From Ptychomitrium polyphyllum (lineage: Eukaryota): DNA of 64,000 nt. Below the pieces are notes generated by a model. It had not been told where the DNA came from and made no database searches. It saw only the letters and a list, made by a program, of their open reading frames with translations. This document shows, in pieces, positions 13,701-26,814 of this stretch (its first letter is position 1; each line of letters starts with the position of its first letter). Made by a program: the position numbers and the translations under genes. The stretch covers positions 14,384,001-14,448,000 of the forward strand of contig OZ316775.1 of the NCBI GenBank assembly GCA_973851085.1, in the 5' to 3' direction.

Positions 13701-14329
13701 TGTCGTGAGAAACGCGGTCCCCTTTCCCCTCGACGAGTTTTGCGATTCTGGCGCTCTTTGAAGGGAGTCGTGGGATGAATTTGTCACTGCGTTTGTTCGT
13801 TTCGTTGTTGGCTGTGTGGGGCGATCCAGGGATTATGGCACACGTCGTGCAGGCTCCGTACACCTGTAATCCTGAAAGACGAGGGAGAACGTTTCCAGCA
13901 TACGCACAGGATGGCCTGTTGTCACGGTGCCGTATCTTCTGTGATCTTTCAGCAGCTGGAGGATATTCACCTCGATGCAGACTGGAGCCCACTTACGACT
14001 CCGCAACCGGCGCCACCCTAATGCAGCTTCGTAGGATGCCTTTGGCTCAGCGCCACATCCGGTTATGAAGGTTCAAACGTTTGCGATCCGGTATCTTCCG
14101 GAGGACTAAGAGAGCTGGAAATGGTGAGAAAGTCATGAGGTCCGAGGGCTCCCAGCTGCTGTCGCTGGGAAGTGAGAGTGATCTGTACGCAGTAGATCCT
14201 GAGAGTGAGTGGTCTGTGTCTGGAGACGAAATGACAGGAAGTTTCGTATGCCTTCTCTGAGTCTTCGGAATTCCAGAAATCGGTGTACCCATCAAGTCAG
14301 CGGAGGCGCCGTGGACAGGTGAAAGTACC
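10650..14329. repeat. Right arm of a large inverted repeat (3,680 bp)
   Basis: Reverse complement of 4202-7881. No mismatch was seen in the segments I compared, and all ORF translations are identical. Confidence 0.95.
11885..13395 (+). CDS. XTH: Xyloglucan endotransglucosylase/hydrolase (GH16), copy 2, 3 exons, ~297 aa
   Basis: Exons 11885-12071 (c|gtgagt), 12243-12346 (ag|cat...ttctac|gtaagt) and 12793-13395 (tgcag|tta) sum to 894 nt in frame. ExDxE catalytic motif (EFDYE) is followed by the sequon NET. Confidence 0.94.
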
Positions 14330-17300
14330 TTCTGTCGAAGATGCAGGTGTTCATCAGTATGACTCGTGGGATTCCTTGCGGAACTGTTTTGTGTAATTTA
14401 CTGAGCGATCGTTTTTCTTTGCCTGAGGTCTGAGCCGTTGTGAATAATTCGTAACAAGTATCTCTTTAGTTTGTAGCACGCATCTGAGTGATCTTTGGCT
14501 AACAGCTTAGAGAGTTATGGACAGTTTTGTAAGATCCGCCTTTAAGGTTGAGTTTGGGTGATGATTGTGTTCTGGAATGGTGCATTTGCAAATGCTGATT
14601 AAAGCCACCATGGATCACAAGGACGGTTGGCCGATTGTTCACTGGTACGAGAATAATCTTGTGTAGGAGGAGGCCGATATGGAAGAGAAGGCACTTGGTT
14701 AGGTCGTTTTGATCGTTTCTGTGATTGGACGTCGGTTTTGGTGGCTTCTTTTGTGTTCATTCTAGGAGAGAGTGGCGTTTGGCTTAAGCACTTGCAGAGT
14801 TTTCTGGAGCAATTGCTAACTTTCTTGGAAATTCGGTGATCGGAGTTTGAGGCTTTGTTTTTAGGGAATGGTGAGAATTGTGAGGAGGGTGTGGACATCA
14901 AATTTGATTAGATGCTGGAGCGTTTTAGAGAATTTATGTATCAAGGGTAACAGGGTGTAGGATTTTGGAAGGGTTACTGGAGGGTGAAGTTGTGAAACTC
15001 ATGGATTTGATGCTTAGCTTCACAGTAAGAGTTAATTCTATAACACTGATCTGCAACAAGGGAGCATTTTATTAATTGGCCTCAGATGATCCTAAACCAC
15101 CCATGTTATAGCATGTGGTACCCAATGCGACCGTGGTGCTTGGCGGTTTATTTCTCACCGTGCAATATCTGCCTTATTGGTTGGAATGCATGGGGTAAAG
15201 GTACCCCTGGTGTTTGAGAAATAAGTACTTTACTAAAGAGAAATGATCCTGATGCTTTTGAAAATAATTGGATTTGTTGCTTCTGGTAAGGACTGTTGTA
15301 GTTCTCGACACGTGCATGTGCCAAGGAGACTCGCTTCGGTATTAAATTGAATCCACCTTCTGGACTAATTGGAGCTTTAAGGTTCTGTGTGATGTCGCTG
15401 GTGCAGTTGTAGGTGCTGCTGTGAGAAGGCTACTCATTGACCGTCTAGGGAGAAAGCTCTGTATTCTTTCAAGTCTTGACCACTCAAGCTTTGAGCGAGA
15501 AATCCATAGAGAAAATCTCGGAACTTGGCTCTGGATATTTCACCCAGTCGTTGGGAACTCTGAAAAGCTCTGATCAGGTCAGGTTCCAGGCAATTAGTGG
15601 TGGATGTTGGACGTTGTACGTTGCCAGTGATCTTGCAAGCAGTTTTATTCTGTTTCCTGTCTGTTTGCTGTCAGAGTCTCCACAAGGGTTAGTTCGCTAG
15701 TTCGCCAGGAACCTCTCTGACTCTTTACTGGTAAACAATTTACAGGTCCCACCCCGAGGTGCCTGTCCAATCAAAGTGTCATTTCCATGACATATTAGTG
15801 AAACCAAATTAATCTTAAAGGTTATTAAAAGTTGACCTATATAGTTTTGAAAAGAAGAAAACAAATCCCATGACATAGCAATGTGTTGGAGCTTGTGTAA
15901 GGATTCATGGTTTTTTTTAAATGTTCACATATAATTCAAGTCAAAAATTTTGTAGGGAAAAAATGAATCTTCAAATCCAATAAGTCATACACCCAATTGG
16001 ACAAAACAGAAACTACTAGTTCTCTAATTTTTTAATTAGGTCTTCTTGACCCTTGCTCTTCTCTTTTTAAAATCTATTAGATTTGTTGTAAATGTATATG
16101 AAATTTATCATTAGACATCTTAGATTACATGGACCTTCTTATTATAAGATATGATGTCAAACTTTATTTTTTGAATTTGTGTATTACAATCTTTACATTT
16201 TTTTATAACATGATATATTCTTACCATCAAGCTGTCAGATTTTAATGAATTTTTTAAAGAAGTATGCAATTAAATCTACTTCATCATAAGATTTGTAGGG
16301 ATGCAAAATAATTTAGCATTTTTATGTGGATTTTTGAGAGGGATTATATTTGAAAATTTCATGGTGAAAAAGTCATAGTAGATAAGGATTTAGATGTTAG
16401 AGAATATGTTTAGAATGGATGAACCACTATTTTTGATACTATTCTCAAACCTTATAAAGAATGCCCAACAAAGGTACAAAAAAAGGAGTAGATTTGTTGA
16501 ATCATAACATTAGATAAATTAATGTCTTTTTATTACAAAAATTACACATCTAATTGATTTATTATAGGCTTCTAGATATCCATGCGCATGTTAGAAGTGG
16601 AATAGTGAAGCAAGTGCCTAAGTGAGCATTTACTCAAAATACTTGAGTTGGAAATGAATGGAAAGAACTATACTATAATCAAGATTTTCGAAACAAATTA
16701 GAAAAATGTTGCACTTCAAATTTGACAAATCTATACAACTTAATCAATACAAAGTAACATCATATTTTGAACTGCCATATAAAATAACAACGCATTCCAT
16801 GAAATCAACTATGGATTCTAACTGAATGTACCTACCACTCTCACTATCTTAAATCAACAATTTAGTCAATAAGGAACAGGTTATGTGAAAGAGCCTTGGG
16901 CCAAAGAGAGCAATAAGCATGGGCAACCCACCAGCTACCCTCGAACATGATGATGTTTCACGTGTTAAAAGCTCGCTGTAAACCCACTTTAATAGCTTTC
17001 TCCTCTGCTTTATGGTACCTGTCTGCTTTAAGTGTCAGACGAGTCAGTCCGTGACAATTGTGTCCAAATTCTATAAGTGCTCTACATATTAGTGAATTCA
17101 AAATACATGTAACGTAAACTTTGTCCTAGACCTCACTTCAAAATAGCTCAAACTTCTGAATTACTAGAAACACACACCAGAAACAGTTTATTGTAGAGGA
17201 TGTCATTTTTCAATTGCTGATTTACATATTGGTTGGTACAGATCGAAGCCTCGGAAACTTGCTTCATGCACGTTCTGGCAATCAATGCAGTTACATGTAC

Positions 17301-17532
17301 ATTTAATTGATCTTGTCCAGATGCTAAAACAACCTGCTTGTCATATTTCACCAGTTGATTATTGAATAACTGCCACCAATTCTGCTGCCTGCATCCTTTG
17401 TCAAGTAGTTGCTACATTTGTAAATGTGGATGCTCTAATTACATGTGCTACATCTGCTTCACAGCCCTTTCGAACAAGCAGCAAGCTATCACACATAGAA
17501 ACAGACACAATTCTTGTTAATTATGTACAACA

Positions 17533-19408
17533 CTATGAATTACTTGACAGAGTTGAGAGTTGTTTGATCCTCCAGCTCTCGACCGATTTCACAAACTTGG
17601 TTAGGGCTGATTGAGAGGACCCTCCTTTTGCAACTGCCTTCCTGGCTTCCATCTCGAATTTCCTAGAGTTGGTTCGAATTTGATCAACCTCCAGGTCCGT
17701 GCCTTCTTTAGCCATCAGCTTCCTCACCTTTCGATCTACTTCCACCTTCAGATCAAATGTACTCTCACACTCCGAATTAGTTCCAAGGCGCCCCTGCAGG
17801 TCAAGACCAATTTTCCAGACGTACGTGATGTAATGGCAGTTCGTAGTTTGGTCTCCGACTCTTGGCCATCCCAGCATAGGCACTCCACTGACGATGCTTT
17901 CGGTGACGGAATTCCAGCCGCAGTGGGTGAGGAACACTGCCACTGAGGGATGCGAGAGAACGGCTGTTTGCGGCGCCCAGGACACCAGGAGAGCGCGGTT
18001 TCTCGTTCGCTTTACGAATTCTGAGAACATGGTCTCGAATTCTCTGTCATGCTCATACATATTCTCCATAGTGTCAGATCGAATCACCCACAGGAATGCA
18101 TGCCCGCTCATCTCCAGGCCGAGGGCGAACTCCTGCATGTGCTCCACGGACATCGTTGTTATGCTCCCGAACGAAACGAAAACAACAGATTTTGGATCTT
18201 GATCGTCGAGCCAGGATAGAGCAACAGGGTCCTCCACTCGCAAGGCACTGCCTGATCCGGCGATAGCTACCTCTTCGACACCATCGGTAGATGTTGATGC
18301 GTTCAAGACGAGAGGCCCCACCCCGTAAATGTTGGTATTCATGTGACCACTCATGGCGTCCAGAACATCGCCCTCCAAGTAGTGGAATGTATTGAAGAGT
18401 ATGCCTTCGCAATCGGGCAGAACCTGGTTCGGTAAATCGCAGTGTATGCGGAAGAACCAGTGGTCGAGATTGTGCGTGAGCAAGTAAGTTGGAATGTCTT
18501 TAACTCGCAGGGTCGGAGCTGCGCCAGGGACGCATGATGGCACTGGAGCTACTTGCCGAGCTGCAGCCTCTTCCTCACTCCAAGGCGGACGGAGTGGAAT
18601 CATGAGAAGCGGATGGAGGGACTGAGTGGTTTGAGGAGGTACTGGAAGAATTCCTGCTGATAAGAGCGACGGAGCACTGAATATGCATTGCAAAGATATG
18701 GCAGAGGGCGTTGCAAAACCTACAACAGAAATGCCCAATTTCTTCGCTGTTACATGAACAACTGAGAATCGGATGTCATAGATTATGCATGTAATTGGCG
18801 ACTTGCGCTGCAAATCGACAAAGAGCTCCCCAAACACGGGTCCCATGACCAATGTTGCTTCAGAAAACTCTCTAAATTTGCTACCCAATCTGGGAAAGTC
18901 ATCAGGTAGTCCATCTGACACGGAGACGAACTCAATACCTTTCCTGCACATGTATAGATATGAATAGTAGGTCAGAAATATTTTGAGCAACCAATCCTCT
19001 TCGCCTTTCATAAACGCAAATGCTGCGGCATATTAATGAACATTACTTTCTCCTTCAACTACTGTCGCTCGTTAGGAATTCTACAAGGCCAACAGAAACA
19101 ATTTCTAGAAGTAAGCTGAGGGCTGGCGTGCTCCTCGAAGCTGAGGTTTAGTGATTCATCAAGAGAATTAAGGTAACTCAAGAAAAGAGGACTTACTCAG
19201 GCTCCACATCATTCGAACGTGATTTCACCATTCGCTGATGGGTATGTGTGGTGTTAACGAAAGTGATACGAAGTCCAAGTCCAACCAGCTTCCTCGCAAG
19301 CTGCAAGGCAGGAGTAATATGTCCTTGGGACGGAAGCGGGACGACCACTGCATGCGAAGTATCTCTCTTCGCAACGTCGTCCTTCCCGCTTCTATCCTCG
19401 CTCACCAT
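17533..19408 (-). CDS. Family 1 UDP-glycosyltransferase, 2 exons, ~540 aa
   Basis: Exon 1 19408-19197 (HAVVVPLPSQGHITP with catalytic His; ga|gtaagt) and exon 2 18943-17533 (tgcag|gaaa) sum to 1623 nt in frame. PSPG box WAPQTAVLSHPSVAVFLTHCGWNSVTESIVSGVPMLGWPRVGDQ; CIIYD catalytic Asp; WLDDQDPKSVVFVSFGS. Confidence 0.93.
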
Positions 19409-19999
19409 CTTCTCTACCGTCTGCGTCGTACTGCAGTCGCAAATCTATAATCAACAGTTCTTCGCAGGTAAAGAAAGCTCAGCACACATAGCCAGGCAAA
19501 GGTTTTCTGAACATAGACACACGCATGCTGTGTACGGTGTAATTCTTCCGAACTTGGCCACAAAAGGCTGTACTACATAATGAAGGTATCAAGCTGTACG
19601 ATCGTATGACTCGATCCTAAACTGGAAATAACCATATCTGATGAGGTCGGAAGGTCAAGTGCGCAATCGACTTAAGCATGAGAGCGAGAGGTCATTGAAA
19701 CGTGTAGCATGTGGGGTACCATGCATGTGCTTTACAACTAGTTGTGAACAGAAAACTTGGAGTCTGAATGTGGAAAGACAAGTGTCTAGCACCTGTGTCA
19801 CGCGTACAATAGTCTATATAAGTATATGTTAAATATATCTATGTATGTATGGTATCCTCTGGACACTTGGCAGGGAAATGGCCGATGTGGCCGCGATGGA
19901 CTTGGAGTGCAGGTGGGTGACGTAATATATTTGAATGGTGGTATGCTTATTATTTGTAAAGATCTAAAGAAGGTATATTGTCCATGGTATAAACATCAA

Positions 20000-22900
20000 A
20001 TTACACGACGAAATATCATTTTCTAGAAGATAAAAGTTATATAAATAATTATGGAAAAATTTAGCCTTCAAAGACAACTACTACTTCTAAATAAGAGGCT
20101 ACAATGTACAAAGTCAAACTATTGTTGATTATAGAAAGAAGTTTTCAATATTAATGTTGGCTTGTTTAAAACACAAATAATACTTGTAAATTGAGATGGT
20201 CGTTTATATTACAAGGTTTCACACAACAACTTCTTTGACCCTATTTACTTAGAATAAGAAATATTATTTGAAATTATTATTGATGATTCTATATTAAATG
20301 GACATAATGGCCTTTAGGACTATTTTAGAGTGCAACTTCAATTTTAGATTGTTATAGGCATATAATGTTATTAAACATGAGTTTGGAATATTAAAGTAGA
20401 CTTTAGAGAATTTACATATTACAACAAGTATTATATAAATATTATTTTTAATGTTGTGATTTGCTATGTTCTACTATACAAAATGCTCATAATATAAAGC
20501 TTTACCAAAGTGGAGTACTTGTTAAAGATCTTGCAAAGGAAAAAAATGGATTTGAAAATAAACAACAATTTAAAAGAACAAGCAATTGTATAATTGTCAA
20601 TTTTGAATTTGAATAAGCAATAAAATGCTAATTGTACTTGAATTAGAACTAGCTTGACGAGCCCACATAATATGCAGAAAAAGTATATTTGAAGCAATGA
20701 CATATTTTTTATATGATTTTTTATTCCAAGTGTTTATATAAACTTTAGATTTTACTTCAAAAAAATAAAATGTAATAGATAATAATTAGATTTTATATTA
20801 TTAATACAAATAAAAAATTGCAATTAATTCTTTTGCATATTCTAATACCTCCCATTTTAACTTTGTAGATTGGAATGCAAGCATGCTAAATCTAGCCAAT
20901 ATTAATAAAATAATAGTTTATTTTTTAATTTAATACTATAATAAATTTAGAATAGAAAATTAATTGAATTGAATTATTTAAATATGTGCAACTTAGTGCT
21001 ATAGCAATTCTTATAGTGCCATGATGTGAATTGCTTAAAAATTAAATTATTGGCATTTGTGTGCTTATTTTGTCATTTTTAACATATAATTAGATTAATA
21101 TTAACATGGTGTTACTTTATTTTTTATATTAGTTGTGTTAATAAAAAGTTTTCATTAACAATACAGTTGGTTCTTAAAGGATTTACTATGCAAATTGAAT
21201 AATTATTAAATGTTCACTTTTGTTAGAAATAAGAAATTGGTTAAATTAAGAAAAGAAGGACAAATTTTCCAACTTAGAGTGATTAATAGTTATAAGTTAA
21301 ATTTGGAAATATATTAGGTGAAGATAGAGAGGTTTCCACCAATGAAGGAAGAAAATGGCTTGATGTAGAAAATGAGAGAGAAACTCTTAATAAATATTGA
21401 AGTAAAAGTCAAAAATTATATTAGATAATGATTAATTGTTAATTAAAACTAAAAGGCCTTGAGATTAGAGCTAAGGTTTGGTAGAATAAATTGATGCAAC
21501 ATTATGGCATAATAAAACCAGTTTAAGAAGTTTTCTCTGATATTCTCATTCCTCCTCATTCTCTCATTTCTTACTTCTTTCCTTACTTGTTTATCTCTTG
21601 CTTTTTATTTTTATTTTCAATGATAGAATAACATAGAATTATTAGAAGGTCTTTGGAAATCTTCAAATTGAAGTTGCTATTTTTGAATTTGGAGGATCAA
21701 TCTAGAGCTTTAAAACATGGATCTAGGATTTAAAACCACTATTTTAATTAGCGACAGTCACACCCTAATCATTCTTTGAATTTGGTTCTAATCTTCCATT
21801 TCAATTTGTATTGTTGTAGACCTTGTTGTTAGCTTTCCAATGCCAAGTTGGAAATGTAGTGAATTAATTATGGAATTTAGAAATTTAGCCTTTTTGTGGA
21901 AAGTTGGAATTGCAAAAATTTAATAAGCCATAGCCAAATATTGATCAATAGCTTGGATTTTACGCAAATTTTATTGTAATATTTTAATCTTACAACTTTT
22001 ACTCTTAGTTTTCCAATGTCATTTGAATCACAGCATTTGGATCTATTATGAATTAGTTATGAATTTTAGAAGTCCAACTACAATATGGAAAATTGGTATG
22101 AATGATTTTCACACAAATAATGGATTTCAACTATTAAAGAATTAGGGTAAAGAATTAGGTTGGATTACAAATGCAACTTAAATGATTGATAATTGAGAGT
22201 AGGATTGTATGAATTAATATATTTTTTAATTAGCAGGGATGTTTTATTGAATTCACAATGTTGAAATGTATTTTTTATATAAATTATAGTATGTACGCTA
22301 AATAATAAGTTAGAAAAAACTTAAATTATTCATTTTAGATTTTTGTGGGTAATTAAAGGATGTTTTGGTATAAGATTTCATGGCTATAATTTTGATAAGG
22401 TTTGATGTTAGAGTTCAAAGTTTGAACACTTGATGCTTTTTAAAATAAAATTTATAGAGCATTGAATTAAAAAGGGTTTAACAAATTGAAATTGAAGAAT
22501 TTAATTTAATTAGATACTTGGATTATTATTAAAAAGTATAAAGAAGATTAAAGAGTCTTATGTATTATAAAAGAAATTTTCCATTTTTACAAAATAAAAT
22601 ATATATATTTAAATACAAAAAAAAATACAAAAAAATATATAAATAATTGACTTGCACGTTTTGTTATGATGTAAGCAAATTAATTGATAGAAAGGTAGCC
22701 ATTCTTTGAATTTAATTCTTGATCATTAATTGCAAGATGAACTTTAAATATATTATCTGCATGTAGAATGGACTACTTTGTAAGCAATTAGTGCCAAAAG
22801 TAATTTAAATGTTCAATATTATTTAGACAACAAGGTTTTAATTATATAATGAAAGCTATGCATTTTCCATCATCTATTGATTACCTTGTCTTTTATAATA

Positions 22901-24900
22901 CTTTAACTTTATGAAAATTTTGACTTATATATCAAGTTAGTCTATTACAAATGGAAACATAAGATAGGCATTCAAAACAAGTTAATGGAATAACTGGACT
23001 TTATATTAAGAATCAGAAATTACAAGAAGGTACAAAGTAAAAAGATCAATGCTAAATCACAAGAAATGCATTGACAAGAGTAAAAATTCCTTCAACCTTG
23101 ATTTTAAAATATATCAGAAATAGAATTTTTTGGAAGCTTCTCAACAAGCTACTAAGATAATGTTTTGAATTCAAACAACCTCAAGTTGTTTCTTTAGAAG
23201 CTTCCTTAACCAATGTAGTTTCTTTAAAACCTTCTTACATCTCCTTGAATCTTCTTAGTACTTTTAGAAGCTCATAATGTGTATGCCCATGATACAATTA
23301 TTTCAAAATCTTAAATGGTCTTATTCATTTCATACAATTTTTTAAATAATTTCTCACCACTTTGCAATGTTGCATCCACCACTTTATTGATTGCAAAACC
23401 AATCTTATACTGTTTTTGTATATTCTTATATATTCTTTGTAAACTATTCCAAGTGTTTTTTAAGATGAAGTATTTTTGAAAGTAATGTTGAGTCTCATAC
23501 ACAATTGGAGTGCATGAAATATAAAAAACTTGGCACATAAGGGTAGAATTTGACAAAAATGTGCGTTTTTTTGTAGCAAACTTTGTAAATCAAACATTTG
23601 TATATGTATGGAAATTTGTGGTTGTAAATATGAAACTTATTACATAAGTTCAAGGACTAAATCCGTGCTATGTATGGCATATTAAGTAGCAACATATGAA
23701 TTGTGAGGATTGAATTAAAAAATTGTTATAAACAATCATTGAAGACGTGGATTAAAAAATGTGTTCTTTATTTGATTAATAACATTTTAAATGCCTCTTG
23801 TTCCATATTATTATATCTTCTAAATTTGAAAAAAATTCTAATGTAGCACCTAATATTATGGCAACCAAATATGTATAAAAGAACAAATTAAAGTTTTTGC
23901 CAATAGCAAATTAAATTTATTATAGGCATACTTAACAATCATTTGAAGTTCTTTAGCAAGGAGCATATAACTTGTGTTAAAAGATTTATAAAGGTTCTTG
24001 CCATGAAATAGATTCATAATAAGCATGTGATAAAGTTACTTATCATTTTTTGTAATCTTGAAACAAAAATATTTAATTGAGCATGTATTTTTGTTCTTAA
24101 GTATTTGAGGGAAGTATACAAGAATATATCTTCTTTTCCATAATGGAAGTCTTCCATTTGTTTGTAATAAAATAGAAGCATGCTCTACCATTACTTACAG
24201 CTACTTTTTGATTTGGTGGTAAAAAAATTACTTAACAACATCAATTCTCTTCATCCATTTAGAGCATTTGGATTTAGTATATTCTCTCAAATCTTTATAG
24301 TCTAGTTCTTCAAGGAATTTATCACCTTTAGCTTGAGCCATATTCAAAATCTTAAATTTAATTCAATTTGGATATCTTTCTTTTTGCAATTTTGTATGTT
24401 TAGATGACTATCCTTTTTCATTATTTGTAGGTGGTTTGAACTTCTTCCATCTTTGTATTTAGGCACTTGCAAATTAGGCTATGGTGAAGATAAAATTGGT
24501 GTTGATTAAATCATTGACATAGTAATAAGCAAATCTAAACTTAAAATCCATTTTGCATTATACAAGTATATTACTTGTTTTAATAATTCTCCATTTAAAA
24601 TGTGTACATCATATAAATCATATTTAAGCCTTGCAATGGATAGTGGAAAAATGCTTGTATTGTAGCCAAGTCTGTGAACACACTTGCCAATGTGTCTATG
24701 GATGGGCTAATTCAAATGTTTGTGACTGCTTTACCAAAATAATGCAAATAAAAATCATGTTGAGATACAACCTTGTAATAATACAAACTTCTACTTCTGG
24801 TTCTAAATCCAAAGTACCTCTCACTTTAAAATTTATAATAACTCAAAAAAAAAAAAAGAATGGAAAAAAAGAAAAAAAGAAAAAAAGAAAGAACCAATCT
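20000..24900. repeat. Very AT-rich block without a credible gene; probably degenerate transposon-derived DNA
   Basis: Sharp compositional shift to high AT, only short low-complexity ORFs, and an A-rich tract at ~24846-24892. No TE protein motif was recognised, so the family cannot be assigned. Confidence 0.4.
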
Positions 24901-26317
24901 TATCATGAAATCTTCTTTCCTGTCGCTGCACAAATTCTCTTTCCAAGGATAGCCCTGCCGGAAGTAGCTGTAACGTCTTACAGGACACCATACGAAATTG
25001 CATTCAACTCGCGCTTCACGGAGGATTGTTGCAGTAGTTTTACCGTCTTAGAATAATGGTTGCCTGATAGAACACCACGGTGAAGAACACGCTGCGACTG
25101 GGTGGCAAGAATGTTGTGCACCTAAAATCTACAGAACGCCTACCAAGTTGGGCCACAGTGCATCCACAAGTTTGATCTTCCATAACTAACACACTGGATT
25201 TTAGACTAGTAACTCTAGGCATCCGGTAGATATTTCTGTTTTGCGTAGCGACAGCGGCAATTTCGGGTGTTGGTCTCCCAAACTGAAGCAGCACCTGCAA
25301 CAGAAAGAATCTTGTGCTTCAGTGCTGTTACAATAGTGACTAGGTCTGGCTCATCAGTCATTGTTGGATGCGGGCCCAAGATTCATCATCGCTGTCGCAA
25401 ACGAGAGTGAACGCGAGTGTCTCGCATAATATCTAGATAATTCTCGTGTGATACTTTGTGGTACCGATGTGGTATCGAGGTGATACTGAGTTGTTTATCG
25501 TATGGAGCAGACAATGGTGTGTTTTGTAGGAAGCCTAGTTGTGTCAAATTTGCACTCAACCAACGAGAACTTTCGTCAAAGTGATCCCAAGTCCGGGTCC
25601 TTGTAAATGATCTGGGATCCTCGTCAAGAAGGTGAAGGGACTCGGCCAGGAGAAGCCCAGGAGCAGCGCAAGGGGTTTTCGTCTTCTGACTGGCAATGGA
25701 GATTTGTAACATCACAGGTGAATTTTTTACACAGGATGAGTCATTTGCATGTTTTGTTTCGTGTGAGGCTCCTGTCTTTCTCCGTCCTACTGTTGAGGTG
25801 TGACGAGGTGGTGAAGTTAGCGGCTTTAGCTTTGGTAGGAGGAGCTGTGAGAATTTTTTCTGCTAGCATTGCGGTGCCTTTGAAGAGAAATGGTGTTCCT
25901 ATGCAGCGCTATAGTTTCAGTTGAGATTGCCAAGGCGCTGTTGTCTGGCCATGACCGAGGAAGATGCATCCGTGAGGCTTTTGACCCCGCCTTCGTACCA
26001 GAGCAGGGACAAGTGCATCGTTCCATGATCGTGGAGCAACCGATTTGTGGGATCCAGGAATCACCCTTGAAATACTGTTGATAGCAGCGAACATTGTGAT
26101 GAGCGTTAGTCAAATTTCGAGAATCGCCTTGCCAAACTAGTCGCTTAGACTTGAGCTTATGACGAAATCCAAGGTTTTCTGCTAATGCTCAAATGTACTG
26201 TTTTTGGCGTATTCATTTCCCTTTGTATTCGTGTCAAAGGGCTAATTTCAAGTAGCGAGATGGATGCTCTATTGCTGTTGAACTCATCTGCTGGCACGCA
26301 TTGTACATTGTAGTCAA

Positions 26318-26391
26318 ATGTAATAGGCCATAGCAGACGATCTATGTACAATGTACAATGTACATAGATCGTCTGCTATGGCCTATTACAT
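26318..26391. repeat. Perfect 33-bp inverted repeat with 8-nt loop
   Basis: atgtaataggccatagcagacgatctatgtaca (26318-26350) / atgtacaa / tgtacatagatcgtctgctatggcctattacat (26359-26391). Confidence 0.93.
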
Positions 26392-26677
26392 CATGTCTTA
26401 CGTTCATTCTGCTTTGAAGCAACATCTGAAGGTATACTTGCAGCCAAACCGAACCGGTTTTCTTAGTTGATCGAAGTCTATGGGAATTAGAAGATTCTGT
26501 AAAGTAGCATGTTGTTATTGATCCTTATCGGATAGCCTATTGCCGATCACTGGAGGTAGTGGGCACTCATGGATATGTAAATTGTTATTGGTTACAAAGA
26601 TTATTGAACTATGAATTGAAGATTTTGTTTTTGTAAAATTGTAAAATATTTTTGGAAAGCGCGTATCACAAAATGTC

Positions 26678-26814
26678 AATTTGACTAGCACTAATTTTGT
26701 AATGTAATTCGTAGAATTTCATTAAGGTTGTGTTGTAACTCACAGTGAAGTCTTGTTGGAATATTGAAATACTGGAATTACATTACAAAGTAACAAAACC
26801 AGTGTAGTCAAATT
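26678..26814. repeat. Imperfect inverted repeat, MITE/foldback-like
   Basis: Ends aatttgacta ... tagtcaaatt; internal perfect 15-bp pair tttgtaatgtaattc (26696-26710) / gaattacattacaaa (26775-26789). Confidence 0.6.

Noticed and set aside
25607..26081. Short ORFs with apparent splice sites (cag|gtgaat ... tgcag|)
   Set aside because: No phase-compatible join gives a long or recognisable protein. It may be a non-coding or degenerate transcript, but this cannot be supported.
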